64,000 bases of DNA, from positions 335,154-399,153 of the forward strand of contig CP181398.1 of the NCBI GenBank assembly GCA_047946875.1, given 5' to 3'. The stretch comes from Candidatus Kerfeldbacteria bacterium. Its GTDB lineage: Bacteria; Patescibacteriota; Patescibacteriia; UBA10025; JAHIVO01. Position numbers and translations under genes: made by a program. Below the pieces are notes generated by a model that ran no database searches, was not told the origin of the DNA, and saw nothing but the letters and a program-made list of their open reading frames with translations. Shown here piece after piece: positions 47,865 through 57,937 of the stretch; position 1 is the first letter of the stretch, and each line of letters opens with the position of its first letter.

Positions 47865-49670
47865 TTAATCTAGTTCTTGCCATGTACTTTCTAAAGTAGC
47901 CCAAACACCTCCTGGACCATTTGAAAAACTTGCATTAGCCAAGCCTTGCTCATATACAATATAGGCGTTTTGAGCAAGGCGGAGTTGATATCCAGTTGCT
48001 TCTTTTAGATTTGCGTTGTTAGCCATATATATCATTCCGTTAGCCGCATAAAATATAACGGCCTCTGTATTATTTGCAATAGTAATAGCAGGACTATTGG
48101 GATCAATAGAGGTATTGGTTGTTAGCATAAGGATAAAACTTTCATCATCACCAGATCCGGTGAATACTGAACCATTCTCTATATCCATTATACCATCATT
48201 TAGCATTACATCGCTAGAACCACCGTAACCAGGGTCAAGTGTTACAGTAGCCCCATTGGCTACTTTAATATCACCTGTTACATAAATTGTGCCGGTTATT
48301 GTTAAGGTTGATCCTCCAGCGACTGTTAAATCACCATCAATTTCTACTGGACCTAGTGATTCAGTTGCACTTGTAGTATAGTTGCCGGTTATTGTAGATC
48401 CGCTAGCTGCGTCATCTTTCCATTCATTTATTTGACCTACAGAAATAGGCATATTCTCAGGTGGTGGATCAGATTCTCCAGAATACGAGTTACGACCAAC
48501 TGTAGTGTTGGTTATATCTGTATTATAATATGCATCACATTCTACGTATGAATTTAATATAGAATGGGCGTGTGCGTCACCGTGGTGAGTTTCATAATGA
48601 GTATCATCACAAGTATGTGATTCATCACCTATAATAACACCATCAATTTTAGTATCAATGGAACCGCTACCCATCCATGTTTTAAATGCAAAATCACCAC
48701 CAGCATCACTCCATGTATCTGTTGACCAATCAGTATTGTATAGACCAACACCATTTCCATATCCGAAGTTAGCATTTTTCCCTATAGTATAATATTTGTT
48801 AGATTTAGGTGAGTCAATGTCTACTACAATCCAATATGTTGTACCTGAAGTTAATTGGGGATTGGTTGTAAATGATACATTTACCCATTCTAAGTTAGTG
48901 GTAACTTGACTGGCTTGTAAGGTGCCAGAAGCTATATATGTATCGGCCGGAACTCCGCCATTGTCATTTGTAATATATACAGCTTGATCTGTAGTATTTC
49001 CAAATTTTTTTATTTTTAAGCTTACATAATTTATTACCTCAGTTACACCAGGTTTAAAACTTTGGGCAATATCCATTACGTCTGAAGCTGCTCCGAATAT
49101 ATATTCTGAAGATACTTGGTCTTGTATCTGGTCGGGAACAATATTAGTACTCCCAGCGACATAAGCGTCTCCTGAAATTGTAGTGTTATTATCCCCATCA
49201 ATTGTTCCGTTAGAGTACACGTTACCATCTATATAACTATTTTCCTCCATTTTTAGCCCCCCTGGCCCTACCTGAACTCCGTAAAAAAATGACGCGTTAA
49301 TGTTGGTTGTTTGTTGACCAATTGTAACTTTTAATGTTTTCGATTGACCATTGATAGTTCCAATAGAATTTACAATATATCCACCACCAATGCTACTAAC
49401 CGTTGTGGAATATTGACCACCACCAAAATTTTCATTTTCTCCAGTATATGGATCAGCACATTCATCATCATTATTCAGACACCAGACAGCCTTTTCTATT
49501 CCTGCTTCAGCGATATTTCTTGCGATTTGTGTATTATAAATATGTTGGGTTGATATTCTAGATGAGAATATGTATGAGAACAATCCTACGCTTAATGCAA
49601 AAATAATCCCAAGAAATACTAAGACAGCAAATAAAGTTTGTCCATTTTCATTTTTTATAGAAATTTTCAT
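47865..49670 (-). CDS. Large PilX-like pilus-associated protein (N-terminal TM plus PilX_N-like region, Gly/Thr/Asn-rich beta domain)
   Basis: NGQTLFAVLVFLGIIFALSVGLFSY...ARNIAEAGIEKAVWCL resembles the PilX N-terminal domain; the C-terminal 500 aa are rich in G/T/N/S and predicted beta-rich. Confidence 0.4.
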   Translation of the reverse strand: MKISIKNENGQTLFAVLVFLGIIFALSVGLFSYIFSSRISTQHIYNTQIARNIAEAGIEKAVWCLNNDDECADPYTGENENFGGGQYSTTVSSIGGGYIVNSIGTINGQSKTLKVTIGQQTTNINASFFYGVQVGPGGLKMEENSYIDGNVYSNGTIDGDNNTTISGDAYVAGSTNIVPDQIQDQVSSEYIFGAASDVMDIAQSFKPGVTEVINYVSLKIKKFGNTTDQAVYITNDNGGVPADTYIASGTLQASQVTTNLEWVNVSFTTNPQLTSGTTYWIVVDIDSPKSNKYYTIGKNANFGYGNGVGLYNTDWSTDTWSDAGGDFAFKTWMGSGSIDTKIDGVIIGDESHTCDDTHYETHHGDAHAHSILNSYVECDAYYNTDITNTTVGRNSYSGESDPPPENMPISVGQINEWKDDAASGSTITGNYTTSATESLGPVEIDGDLTVAGGSTLTITGTIYVTGDIKVANGATVTLDPGYGGSSDVMLNDGIMDIENGSVFTGSGDDESFILMLTTNTSIDPNSPAITIANNTEAVIFYAANGMIYMANNANLKEATGYQLRLAQNAYIVYEQGLANASFSNGPGGVWATLESTWQELD

Positions 49671-49673
49671 TGG

Positions 49674-50219
49674 CTAATTATTTCTTAAATTAGTTGTTGA
49701 TTGCATTATAATTTCTTGTTCTAGATTATTTGCTATTTTATTAGTAACAAGTACAGTTTCAATTTTGTCAATTGAGCTAAAGTTTGTATTATTATAATTA
49801 AATATTATTGTATCAATGAATTCACCTTCAAATTTTGTAGAACTAGTACGTTTACTATTAACGTCAGCTTCAAGATTAGATTTTAAAATTGTATTATCAA
49901 TTGGGTCTATATAGTAGACAATATAGTCATACGTATCAGCGAGTATATTGTTATCAGAGTCAATAGTGGCTAGAGATAAAATTAGTGTGTCATAGTCAGT
50001 TGTGTAATCTGTCCCATTTATGTTTTTTGTTTCTATTACTTCAATACCTTGTCTTATAGTAGTAGAAATTTTGTTCAATAGTATTGAAGAATTTATTGTC
50101 AGTTCATTGTAAGATATTTCAACAGTATAAATATTTTTATAAGTAATAAAAATTCCGGTAATACTTGCTAGTATTATGGTGAAGATAAATATTGATACTA
50201 GTACGTCTGCTAAAGTCAT
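49674..50219 (-). CDS. Pilin-like protein with a non-canonical N-terminal hydrophobic segment
   Basis: MTLADVLVSIFIFTIILASITGIF N-terminus resembles a pilin N-terminal helix but lacks the G/F cleavage site and Glu5; it sits between the minor pilin and the PilX-like gene. Confidence 0.3.
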   Translation of the reverse strand: MTLADVLVSIFIFTIILASITGIFITYKNIYTVEISYNELTINSSILLNKISTTIRQGIEVIETKNINGTDYTTDYDTLILSLATIDSDNNILADTYDYIVYYIDPIDNTILKSNLEADVNSKRTSSTKFEGEFIDTIIFNYNNTNFSSIDKIETVLVTNKIANNLEQEIIMQSTTNLRNN

Positions 50220-51155
50220 TTATTGGTTTATAAGAGTTGATAATTCTACTGATTTTGATTGATTTTTTTCCATCCATTCGATTGTTGCGGTAACTTTTTT
50301 TAGTGTTTCAAATCCTGGTTGATCATCTTCAATAGTTAGATTAGTAGTACCGTTTGGAAGATCATTAATGCCAAAACGTTGCCAGGCAGTAGCTATTTCG
50401 CCCAATGTATCAGAATCAAAATTCCAGGTTTTAGTGGAAGTTGTGGTAATAGATACATTATCAAAATTTGCTAAAACCGAGTTTGTGCCAAGTAGTGCTA
50501 AGCGGCCTTTATTGAATTCATTGTCAGTATTGTTGATTTGTAATATATCGTTGATATACACATCGAAAGTATTCCCAGTCATAACGACTTTTAGTGTATA
50601 CCAGGTACTTTTTGAAAAAACTTTAACAGTCGAATCAATAGTGCTTTTTACACCGTCAACCGTTTTGGTCAGGTATATATTTCCAGAGTCTAAATAAATG
50701 CTATAGAAATTTTTAGCATCACTATATCTAGCTAGTAGGCCAGCTTCCCAATTTGATGGGGAAGAGTTATCGATATTTATTTTTATTTCAGCTGTAAAAT
50801 CGGTATATTCAAACCCAGGTATTGAGGCGATACTTATCTCTCCTGTGGGTGAGTTTAGAAAATAAGTTTTAGGAGAGCTTGGGGCGGAAGCATGGTTTTG
50901 TACTAACCAACTTCCTTGGTTATAGGCTACTCCGATAAAGTCAGTATCTATTTGGTTAGTTAGTTGGCTAAAGGGAAGTTGTCTAAGGATTTCAATTTCT
51001 TCTAGTACAAGATAGTAGGCAAGATTTTTGTGCTTTAGAAATTGACTAGTAGATATTATAGTATAGGTAACGCCAAATATAGTTACAAAAAAACCAACAA
51101 GAGAAATTGCTACGATTGATTCTATTATTGAAAAGCCTTGCTTATTATTTCGCAT
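50220..51155 (-). CDS. Type IV prepilin-like protein (minor pilin/pseudopilin) with C-terminal lectin-like (LamG/concanavalin-like) domain
   Basis: Class III signal peptide MRNNKQG|FSIIESIVAISLV, with the G-F cleavage site and Glu at +5. 311 aa, too long for a classic major pilin; the C-terminal 150 aa are beta-sandwich-like. Confidence 0.6.
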   Translation of the reverse strand: MRNNKQGFSIIESIVAISLVGFFVTIFGVTYTIISTSQFLKHKNLAYYLVLEEIEILRQLPFSQLTNQIDTDFIGVAYNQGSWLVQNHASAPSSPKTYFLNSPTGEISIASIPGFEYTDFTAEIKINIDNSSPSNWEAGLLARYSDAKNFYSIYLDSGNIYLTKTVDGVKSTIDSTVKVFSKSTWYTLKVVMTGNTFDVYINDILQINNTDNEFNKGRLALLGTNSVLANFDNVSITTTSTKTWNFDSDTLGEIATAWQRFGINDLPNGTTNLTIEDDQPGFETLKKVTATIEWMEKNQSKSVELSTLINQ

Positions 51156-51160
51156 AACTA

Positions 51161-52378
51161 TTAAATTGCTTCTGTTAAGCCATACATAGGTTGAAGAATC
51201 GATAGTGCTAGAAGGGCGACGACTCCACCAATTACTACCATTAGAATAGGTTCAATTATTGAAGATAGTCCATCCATTGTTTGATCTACGTCATCTTCAT
51301 AAAAATCAGCAATCTCGTCGGAGATATTATCTAGTGTTCCACTTTCTTCACCGATATTAATCATTTGAGTTACAATAGGGGAAAATAACTCTGGTTTTTC
51401 TTCAAGTGTTTTTGAAATACTAATACCCTTTTTTACTTTTTCAGATGCTTCAATCATACAATCTTTGTACATAACATTCCCTAATGTTTTTGAAATTATT
51501 TGTAACGTTTGAACAATTGGTATGTCTGTTTTTAATAGTGAGCTGAGCGTCCTGGTAAATCTTGCAATGTTAACTTTTTTAACAATACTACCAAATACAG
51601 GCATTTTAACTAACAGTTTATGTATGAAGTGTTTACCTTTGGGTGTTTTTTTAAATTTAAGAAATCCAAAAATGAATAAAGCAAATCCAATGGCTAAAAA
51701 TATTCCTTGGTTTGCTAAGATGTCACTTGCGGACATTAATATTTTAGTAGTTACAGGTAACTCTGTTCCAGATTCATCAAAAATAGCAGTAAGTTGAGGT
51801 ATGACCGTAATCATCATAATAATCCCAATTGAGACCATGGCTATGACAATAACAGCAGGATACATTAGGGCTGTCCTAACTTTTGCTACTAGCTTATGAT
51901 CTTTTTTCATTTGTTTCGTTAGGCTTATTAGTATTTCATCAAGTTTACCACTAATTTCACCGGCTGCAATCATATTCACAAATAGTTCAGAAAAAACTTT
52001 TGGATGTTTTTCTAATGCATTTGAAAATGAAATACCATTTTCTACATCATGTTGAATATTAACGATGACTTGTTTGAATTTTTTATTTGTTGTCTGTAAG
52101 GATAGTGTATTAAGAGCTTGTCCCAGAGAAAAACCAGTTTTTACCATGATAGATAAATTTTGAGTAAAAAAAATCTTCTCAACTATAGGTACGGAGGATA
52201 AATTGTTTAAGAATTTATTTATTCCACTCATGCCTTTATTATTTATCATTTTGGAAGAGGTGAGTATAAGGTTTTGACCTTTTAGATAGTCAGTCAAAGC
52301 TTTCTCATCTTTCATGTTGATGCGATCCTTTTTGAGTTTACCATCCTCAGATCTAGCTGTGTATATAAATTCGGGCAT
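51161..52378 (-). CDS. pilC: Type IV pilus inner-membrane platform protein PilC (GspF family)
   Basis: 405 aa with duplicated GspF-domain architecture and three TM segments; N-terminus MPEFIYTARSEDGKLKKDRINMKDEKALTDYLKGQNLILTS is typical of PilC. Confidence 0.85.
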   Translation of the reverse strand: MPEFIYTARSEDGKLKKDRINMKDEKALTDYLKGQNLILTSSKMINNKGMSGINKFLNNLSSVPIVEKIFFTQNLSIMVKTGFSLGQALNTLSLQTTNKKFKQVIVNIQHDVENGISFSNALEKHPKVFSELFVNMIAAGEISGKLDEILISLTKQMKKDHKLVAKVRTALMYPAVIVIAMVSIGIIMMITVIPQLTAIFDESGTELPVTTKILMSASDILANQGIFLAIGFALFIFGFLKFKKTPKGKHFIHKLLVKMPVFGSIVKKVNIARFTRTLSSLLKTDIPIVQTLQIISKTLGNVMYKDCMIEASEKVKKGISISKTLEEKPELFSPIVTQMINIGEESGTLDNISDEIADFYEDDVDQTMDGLSSIIEPILMVVIGGVVALLALSILQPMYGLTEAI

Positions 52379-52401
52379 ATTATAGTTTAGTTTATATTAA
52401 T

Positions 52402-54144
52402 TTATTCTTGAGTTGCTCTTAATATTTCTTCAATAGAAGTTTGACCATTTTTAGCTTTAATGAAACCATCTTGGATCATTGAAAGCATTCCGTTTGCTTT
52501 TGCTTTTTCTTCTATTTTAATTAGAGATTCTTTATTAATGATCATTTCAGAAATTTCATCAGTTACTTCTAATACTTCAAAGATTCCAATACGTCCTTTG
52601 TAGCCAGTACTATTACATAATTTACAACCCTTACCTTTGTAAAAAAGTAATGATTCTATTGGTGTTTTGGAAGACATTATTATACCTTGATCTCCTAAAA
52701 CTTTAAATATTGAATCTAAATCAATTTTTTTATTTAATTCTTCAATTGCATTTTTAGTAAGAGTATAGCTGTGAACGCAATTTGAACAAATTTTTCTAAC
52801 TAATCTTTGAGCTATAACTACGTTTGTAGTTGAGGCAACTAAAAATGGAGGTATATCCATTTCTTGTAGTCTTGGTAAAGTAGTCACTGCATCATTTGTA
52901 TGTAAAGTCGATAACACTAAATGACCAGTCATGGCAGCGTGAACTGCAATTTCTGCTGTTTCTCCGTCTCTAATCTCACCAACCATAATTACGTCTGGAT
53001 CTTGACGAAGTAGGGAGCGTAGGCCACCAGCGAAAGTAAAGCCAATTTTTGGATTAACCTGACTTTGATTAACTCTGGGCATTCTATATTCTATTGGATC
53101 CTCTACAGTGGATATATTTACTTTAGGGTCATTAACCATATTCATTAAAGTATACAGTGTAGTCGTTTTACCACTACCAGTAGGGCCAGTAACTAAAATC
53201 ATTCCTTGAGGTTTACCTATGTTTTTATTAACAACTTCTAGAGCTTTTAATTGGAAACCAATTTGCTCTAAGGTTAGAATCTTAGCTGATTCATTTAGAA
53301 GTCTCATTACAATTTTCTCACCATCAAATACAGGTATAATTGATACACGAAAAGCAATTTTATATTCAGATGTACTTATTTTGAACCGTCCATCTTGTGG
53401 TAATCTATGTTCGTCAATTTTCAAATTTGATAAAATTTTTATCCTTGCATTTATGCCTGATTGTAATTTTTTTGGTAATCTCATGACATCACGTAGTATA
53501 CCGTCGATACGGTACCTAATAATTATATCTTTTTCTGTTGGTTCTATATGAATATCTGAAGCATCATCAAATATCGCATATTCTAATAACGAGTCTACGA
53601 TTCTTACTATTGGTAAATCTTGAGCAAGTTCTTCTAAGTTTTTTTTATCGTCGCCATGTTTTATTGCTGATGTGGCCGCTGTACCTTTGGTAATTTTTTT
53701 AAATTCTGACGATAGTCCTTTGTGGTATTGCGAAACAACCTCTTTTATACTTGAAGGGGCTGTAATATGAACAATAATTTTTAATCCAGTTTTTTTATTT
53801 AAAAAGTCAAAAATTTGTAAATTTTTTGGGTCAGTAGTAGCTATTTTTAGCTCAGTTTCTGTTTTTTCAAATGCTGCTATTTTATATGTTTGAAGAATTG
53901 TTTCTGGAATAATCATCAATACATCTTTTCTAATAGTCATTTTTCGTAGATCTATAAACGGGATTTTATAGAAATTTCCGATAGATTCATACAACAAAAC
54001 TTCAGAGACAAGATTCTTATCTACTAAATATTTTACAAAGTTTCCCTCCTCTTCTTTTGCTTTTTGCCAAGCTTTATCGAGCTGGTCTTTGGGAACTATG
54101 TCTGTTTTTTCTAAAATTTTTTTTACTTCCCGATTTGGAATCAT
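52402..54144 (-). CDS. pilB: Type IV pilus assembly ATPase PilB (GspE family)
   Basis: Walker A VTGPTGSGKTTTLYTLMN, Asp box, Walker B/His box, and tetracysteine motif CSNCVHS...CKLCNSTG; the 580 aa size includes the N-terminal GspE_N domain. Confidence 0.9.
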   Translation of the reverse strand: MIPNREVKKILEKTDIVPKDQLDKAWQKAKEEEGNFVKYLVDKNLVSEVLLYESIGNFYKIPFIDLRKMTIRKDVLMIIPETILQTYKIAAFEKTETELKIATTDPKNLQIFDFLNKKTGLKIIVHITAPSSIKEVVSQYHKGLSSEFKKITKGTAATSAIKHGDDKKNLEELAQDLPIVRIVDSLLEYAIFDDASDIHIEPTEKDIIIRYRIDGILRDVMRLPKKLQSGINARIKILSNLKIDEHRLPQDGRFKISTSEYKIAFRVSIIPVFDGEKIVMRLLNESAKILTLEQIGFQLKALEVVNKNIGKPQGMILVTGPTGSGKTTTLYTLMNMVNDPKVNISTVEDPIEYRMPRVNQSQVNPKIGFTFAGGLRSLLRQDPDVIMVGEIRDGETAEIAVHAAMTGHLVLSTLHTNDAVTTLPRLQEMDIPPFLVASTTNVVIAQRLVRKICSNCVHSYTLTKNAIEELNKKIDLDSIFKVLGDQGIIMSSKTPIESLLFYKGKGCKLCNSTGYKGRIGIFEVLEVTDEISEMIINKESLIKIEEKAKANGMLSMIQDGFIKAKNGQTSIEEILRATQE

Positions 54145-54226
54145 AAAACTAAAATAATATTAAATTTTATGGACTATAATTCATATATTATATCATAATT
54201 ATACAAAATAGTCAAAGTAAATGTTA
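54145..54226. promoter_or_regulatory. 82-bp AT-rich spacer upstream of pilB that could carry an internal promoter
   Basis: It is the only gap longer than 30 bp in the 10.6-kb minus-strand pilus gene array; no boxes assigned. Confidence 0.2.
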
Positions 54227-56032
54227 TTATTCTTTAATTCTAAAATCGTATATAAATATTGAATATCCAATTTTAGTGTCTGGAGTATATTCTTCTAACC
54301 ATTTATATATTTTATCGCTAGAAAATAAACTTGTGGCGCTAATTGCTACAACGCAATTAAGATCTTCTGTAGTTGTAAAATTTGAATTATCTGGGATATA
54401 TCTAAAATCGATTCCGTAGTAATCAAGTTCAGCTTGACCAAAGTAGCTCATACAAATGTGATTAATATTGTTTGAATCCATATACTTTTTTAATTTTTTT
54501 ATATCCTGACCCCAGTCAATATTTGAATCAACTAAATATTTTGTCCCATTGTTTGGTCCTCCTGAAATTTCATTAAAATAAGCAAGATAGTTTGGATAAA
54601 TCATTATCGAACTAATTAAGTAATATATTATAATTAAAGAAAATAGAATATTAAATATTTTTTGTTTTTTAATATTTTGAAATCTCAATTTAGCAAAATA
54701 ACCGATGCCAACAAAAATAAATGGATAAATTAGTAATATATGTCTCAATCCGAGGTTAATGTGACTTGTTAAACTAAATACAAAATGTATAAGTGGAGGG
54801 ACGACTAGAAAATAATATGCCAGCGGAATGTTTTTTATTTTATCAATATATAGATTTTTGTTATTAACACTATTTTTTTTGAAGAACCAATAAATAACAC
54901 TAACAACTAGAGTAAGTGATAAGAGGAGTGTAGAAAGGGGGGTTTTAACTAAAAATGCGATTATAAAGTAGTACCACCAACCCATATTACTATGTTCACC
55001 TAAAAGATAGGACATGTGCCCATAATAATTATGTATGAATAGTTTTATAAAACCATTGAAGTATGAAAATATTGGCCATGGTGCTTTTTCAGCAAAATTT
55101 AAAATATTTTGTCCGGATTTCGTATTTGTATCGGTGATTGAAATTATTTTTTGTGTTAAACCATCTTCTTGTTCTATCTGATTAGTATTTAGTATTTCTT
55201 CCTGTGTTTTATATAATTCTTTAACATTAATATCATCGATTGGGTTTTTTACTTCGAAACCATAAACACAGAATAAAGTTAAGAAAGTGCTAATAATTAC
55301 AATAATGATCTTAGTAAATAATCTTGATGTAACTTTTTTATAAAAATCTGTATTATTTTTTGAAAGTATGTATATTAACAAAAGGATAACTAATATTGGA
55401 ATTAAGATTACTGCAGAGAATTTTGAGGCTTGTGCAAGTCCAAATATTAAACAAAAATATATAAAGTATTTAATTTTTGCTGACTTGAGATATTTGTAAA
55501 AATAATATATTGTTATAAAGAAGAAGAGAGCTAAAGCAATATCTGTAGTAACATAACGACTATGAGCAATGATATTTGGAGAAAATGTATAAAATAGAAG
55601 AGATATTAAACCAGCTTTCAATCCAAACAGTTCTTTTGACCATCTGAATATAAAAAAACCAAGCAGAATACTTAAGATCATAGTTGGTATCCTTCCAAGA
55701 AAGAATATTGTATCTGCTTGAATATTATTGTTATATATCAAATCTTTGGCAAATTGCCATTGGTTGTATTCAGACCAAGCAGGTTTATCAAATGGTTGGT
55801 CTAGTTTGTGACTAATAAATAAAAGCGGTAGAGCTGATAATTCTTTGGCAAAAGGTGGGTGCTCCGTATTCATTCGGAAGTCATTTTTTACCAAATAACT
55901 ATAACCTGCTGATAAATGAACTCCTTCATCTATTGTTTGTGATTCTTGAAGGGCAGTGGTGATTTCTACTACTAACATAATTATTAGTAGTAGAGCGACT
56001 ATATATTTATAATATTTTTCAACCAGTTTCAT
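54227..56032 (-). CDS. GT-C fold glycosyltransferase of the PMT/ArnT superfamily (GT39/GT83-like)
   Basis: 601 aa with 11 or more TM segments; first extracytoplasmic loop DEGVHLSAGYSYL...TEHPPFAKELSALPL matches the DE..Y...hPPL signature of polyprenyl-phosphate-sugar dependent GT-C enzymes. Confidence 0.7.
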   Translation of the reverse strand: MKLVEKYYKYIVALLLIIMLVVEITTALQESQTIDEGVHLSAGYSYLVKNDFRMNTEHPPFAKELSALPLLFISHKLDQPFDKPAWSEYNQWQFAKDLIYNNNIQADTIFFLGRIPTMILSILLGFFIFRWSKELFGLKAGLISLLFYTFSPNIIAHSRYVTTDIALALFFFITIYYFYKYLKSAKIKYFIYFCLIFGLAQASKFSAVILIPILVILLLIYILSKNNTDFYKKVTSRLFTKIIIVIISTFLTLFCVYGFEVKNPIDDINVKELYKTQEEILNTNQIEQEDGLTQKIISITDTNTKSGQNILNFAEKAPWPIFSYFNGFIKLFIHNYYGHMSYLLGEHSNMGWWYYFIIAFLVKTPLSTLLLSLTLVVSVIYWFFKKNSVNNKNLYIDKIKNIPLAYYFLVVPPLIHFVFSLTSHINLGLRHILLIYPFIFVGIGYFAKLRFQNIKKQKIFNILFSLIIIYYLISSIMIYPNYLAYFNEISGGPNNGTKYLVDSNIDWGQDIKKLKKYMDSNNINHICMSYFGQAELDYYGIDFRYIPDNSNFTTTEDLNCVVAISATSLFSSDKIYKWLEEYTPDTKIGYSIFIYDFRIKE

Positions 56033-56413
56033 ATGAATATTTTTAACAAGATTTTGACACTATTCAAGAGAAAGGAGAGATTTTTTCGAAATAAATTATT
56101 GATTAACATTTTTTTAATTGGATTTTTAGTTAATTTGTCTACTTGGGTATTTCTATTTATTACATTTAAACCGCAGACTGATCCAATATTTTTACATTAT
56201 AACATTTACTTTGGTGTTGATCTAATTGGTCAATGGTATCATATATTTATATATTTACCAGCGATTGGTTTTTGCATATATTTAGTTAATTTATTAATAT
56301 CGTATATACTATATAGTAGAGAAAGAATATTAAGTTATTCAATTGGCGGTCTAAATATATTTATTCAATTAGTAATTTTTGTGTCTAGCTATTTGATAGC
56401 TAGGCAAAATTAA
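56033..56413 (+). CDS. Small hypothetical 3-4 TM membrane protein
   Basis: 126 aa, hydrophobic; starts immediately divergent from the GT-C gene and precedes mraY. Confidence 0.3.
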   Translation: MNIFNKILTLFKRKERFFRNKLLINIFLIGFLVNLSTWVFLFITFKPQTDPIFLHYNIYFGVDLIGQWYHIFIYLPAIGFCIYLVNLLISYILYSRERILSYSIGGLNIFIQLVIFVSSYLIARQN

Positions 56414-56420
56414 AAAGATT

Positions 56421-57473
56421 ATGGGATTAATAGAAGATTTTGACATTATTAAAATATTTTTGTTAACTACGGTAGCTTTTATTGTGGCAATTTCTTGGAC
56501 ACCATTACTAACACATTATTTATATAAATATAAATTTGGTAAGACTATCCGACCAGAAGATGAAACTCCTATTTTCTCAAAGATGCATCAAAAAAAATCT
56601 GGCACACCTACAATGGGTGGTATTTTGATTTGGCTAACTACTTTATTTATTATATTATTATTTTTTGTGTTAGGGGAACTAGTGAATATAGAATTTATTA
56701 AGAAACTTAATTTTTTAAGTAGACCAGAAACATTACTTCCTTTAGGAGCTTTGATAGCTTCTGCGTTAGTTGGATTGGTTGATGATCTATTTAATGTGAA
56801 AGGAGTTGGTGCTAAAGGGGGCGGTCTTAAGATAAGATATAAGTTAATCATTTATGCACTAATAGCTATAGTAGGTTCACTTTGGTTTTATTTTAAACTT
56901 GATTGGACTACCTTGCATTTACCATTTATTGGAGATTTTGATATTGGTATTTGGTATATACCTTTCTTTATACTGGTAATTGTAGCTACAGCATTTTCTG
57001 TCAATGAAAGTGATGGGCTTGATGGGTTGGCGGGAGGAATATTATTAGCAGCTTTTGGAGCATTTGGTGCTATAGCTTTTGCTCAAGGTAAGATCGAATT
57101 GGCTACATTGTGTGGAGTTATTATAGGAGCGTTATTAGCATTTCTTTGGTTTAATATTAATCCAGCAAGATTTTTCATGGGAGATACTGGATCTATGTCT
57201 TTAGGGGTTACTTTAGGGATAGTAGCTATGTTAACTAATTCTGCATTATTGTTACCAATTATTGGGGTGTTGTTAGTTTTGGAATCAGTTTCAGTAATAA
57301 TCCAAGTTACTTCTAAAAAAATATTTAAAAGAAAAGTGTTCTTGTCTGCGCCGATACACCATCATTTAGAAGCCAAGGGATGGTCAGAACCAAAAATCGT
57401 TATGCGTTTTTGGATTATTTCCGGAGTAGCTGCGGTGGTAGGTGTAATAATGTATTTGGTTGATAAATCTTAA
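56421..57473 (+). CDS. mraY: Phospho-N-acetylmuramoyl-pentapeptide transferase
   Basis: GTPTMGGILIW, NESDGLDGLAGG and FMGDTGSMSLG motifs. Confidence 0.9.
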   Translation: MGLIEDFDIIKIFLLTTVAFIVAISWTPLLTHYLYKYKFGKTIRPEDETPIFSKMHQKKSGTPTMGGILIWLTTLFIILLFFVLGELVNIEFIKKLNFLSRPETLLPLGALIASALVGLVDDLFNVKGVGAKGGGLKIRYKLIIYALIAIVGSLWFYFKLDWTTLHLPFIGDFDIGIWYIPFFILVIVATAFSVNESDGLDGLAGGILLAAFGAFGAIAFAQGKIELATLCGVIIGALLAFLWFNINPARFFMGDTGSMSLGVTLGIVAMLTNSALLLPIIGVLLVLESVSVIIQVTSKKIFKRKVFLSAPIHHHLEAKGWSEPKIVMRFWIISGVAAVVGVIMYLVDKS

Positions 57474-57484
57474 GATGTTAATTA

Positions 57485-57937
57485 ATGAATAAATCTGGTT
57501 TTGATTATATCGGCGTGACAACTCCATTCTATTGCCATGATGGTAATGGAAATTTTTTGTTTCATAAAAGAAGCGATAAATGTCGAGATGAGAAAGGTAC
57601 TTGGGATTGTGGTGGTGGTCGCCTCGATTTTGGTGAAGATCCCAGAGAGGGAGTGTTAAGAGAAGTAAAAGAAGAATATGGTTGTGATGGTAATATTAAT
57701 GAACAACTTCCTTATTATTCTATAATCAGGAAACATGATGGTAAAAAAACTCATTGGTTATCACTTCCATTTATTATTCAAGTAGATCGTAATAAAGTAA
57801 AAAATAATGAGCCAGATAAAATTGATGAGATTGGTTGGTTTAAGTTAGATCAATTGCCTAAGCCAATACATACAGGAGTGAAATTAGAACTTGATAAATT
57901 TAAAAAACGATTAGATAAATATAAAAATGAGAACTAA
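57485..57937 (+). CDS. NUDIX hydrolase
   Basis: Nudix box GRLDFGEDPREGVLREVKEEYGC (G-X5-E-X7-REVKEEYG); 150 aa. Confidence 0.7.
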   Translation: MNKSGFDYIGVTTPFYCHDGNGNFLFHKRSDKCRDEKGTWDCGGGRLDFGEDPREGVLREVKEEYGCDGNINEQLPYYSIIRKHDGKKTHWLSLPFIIQVDRNKVKNNEPDKIDEIGWFKLDQLPKPIHTGVKLELDKFKKRLDKYKNEN

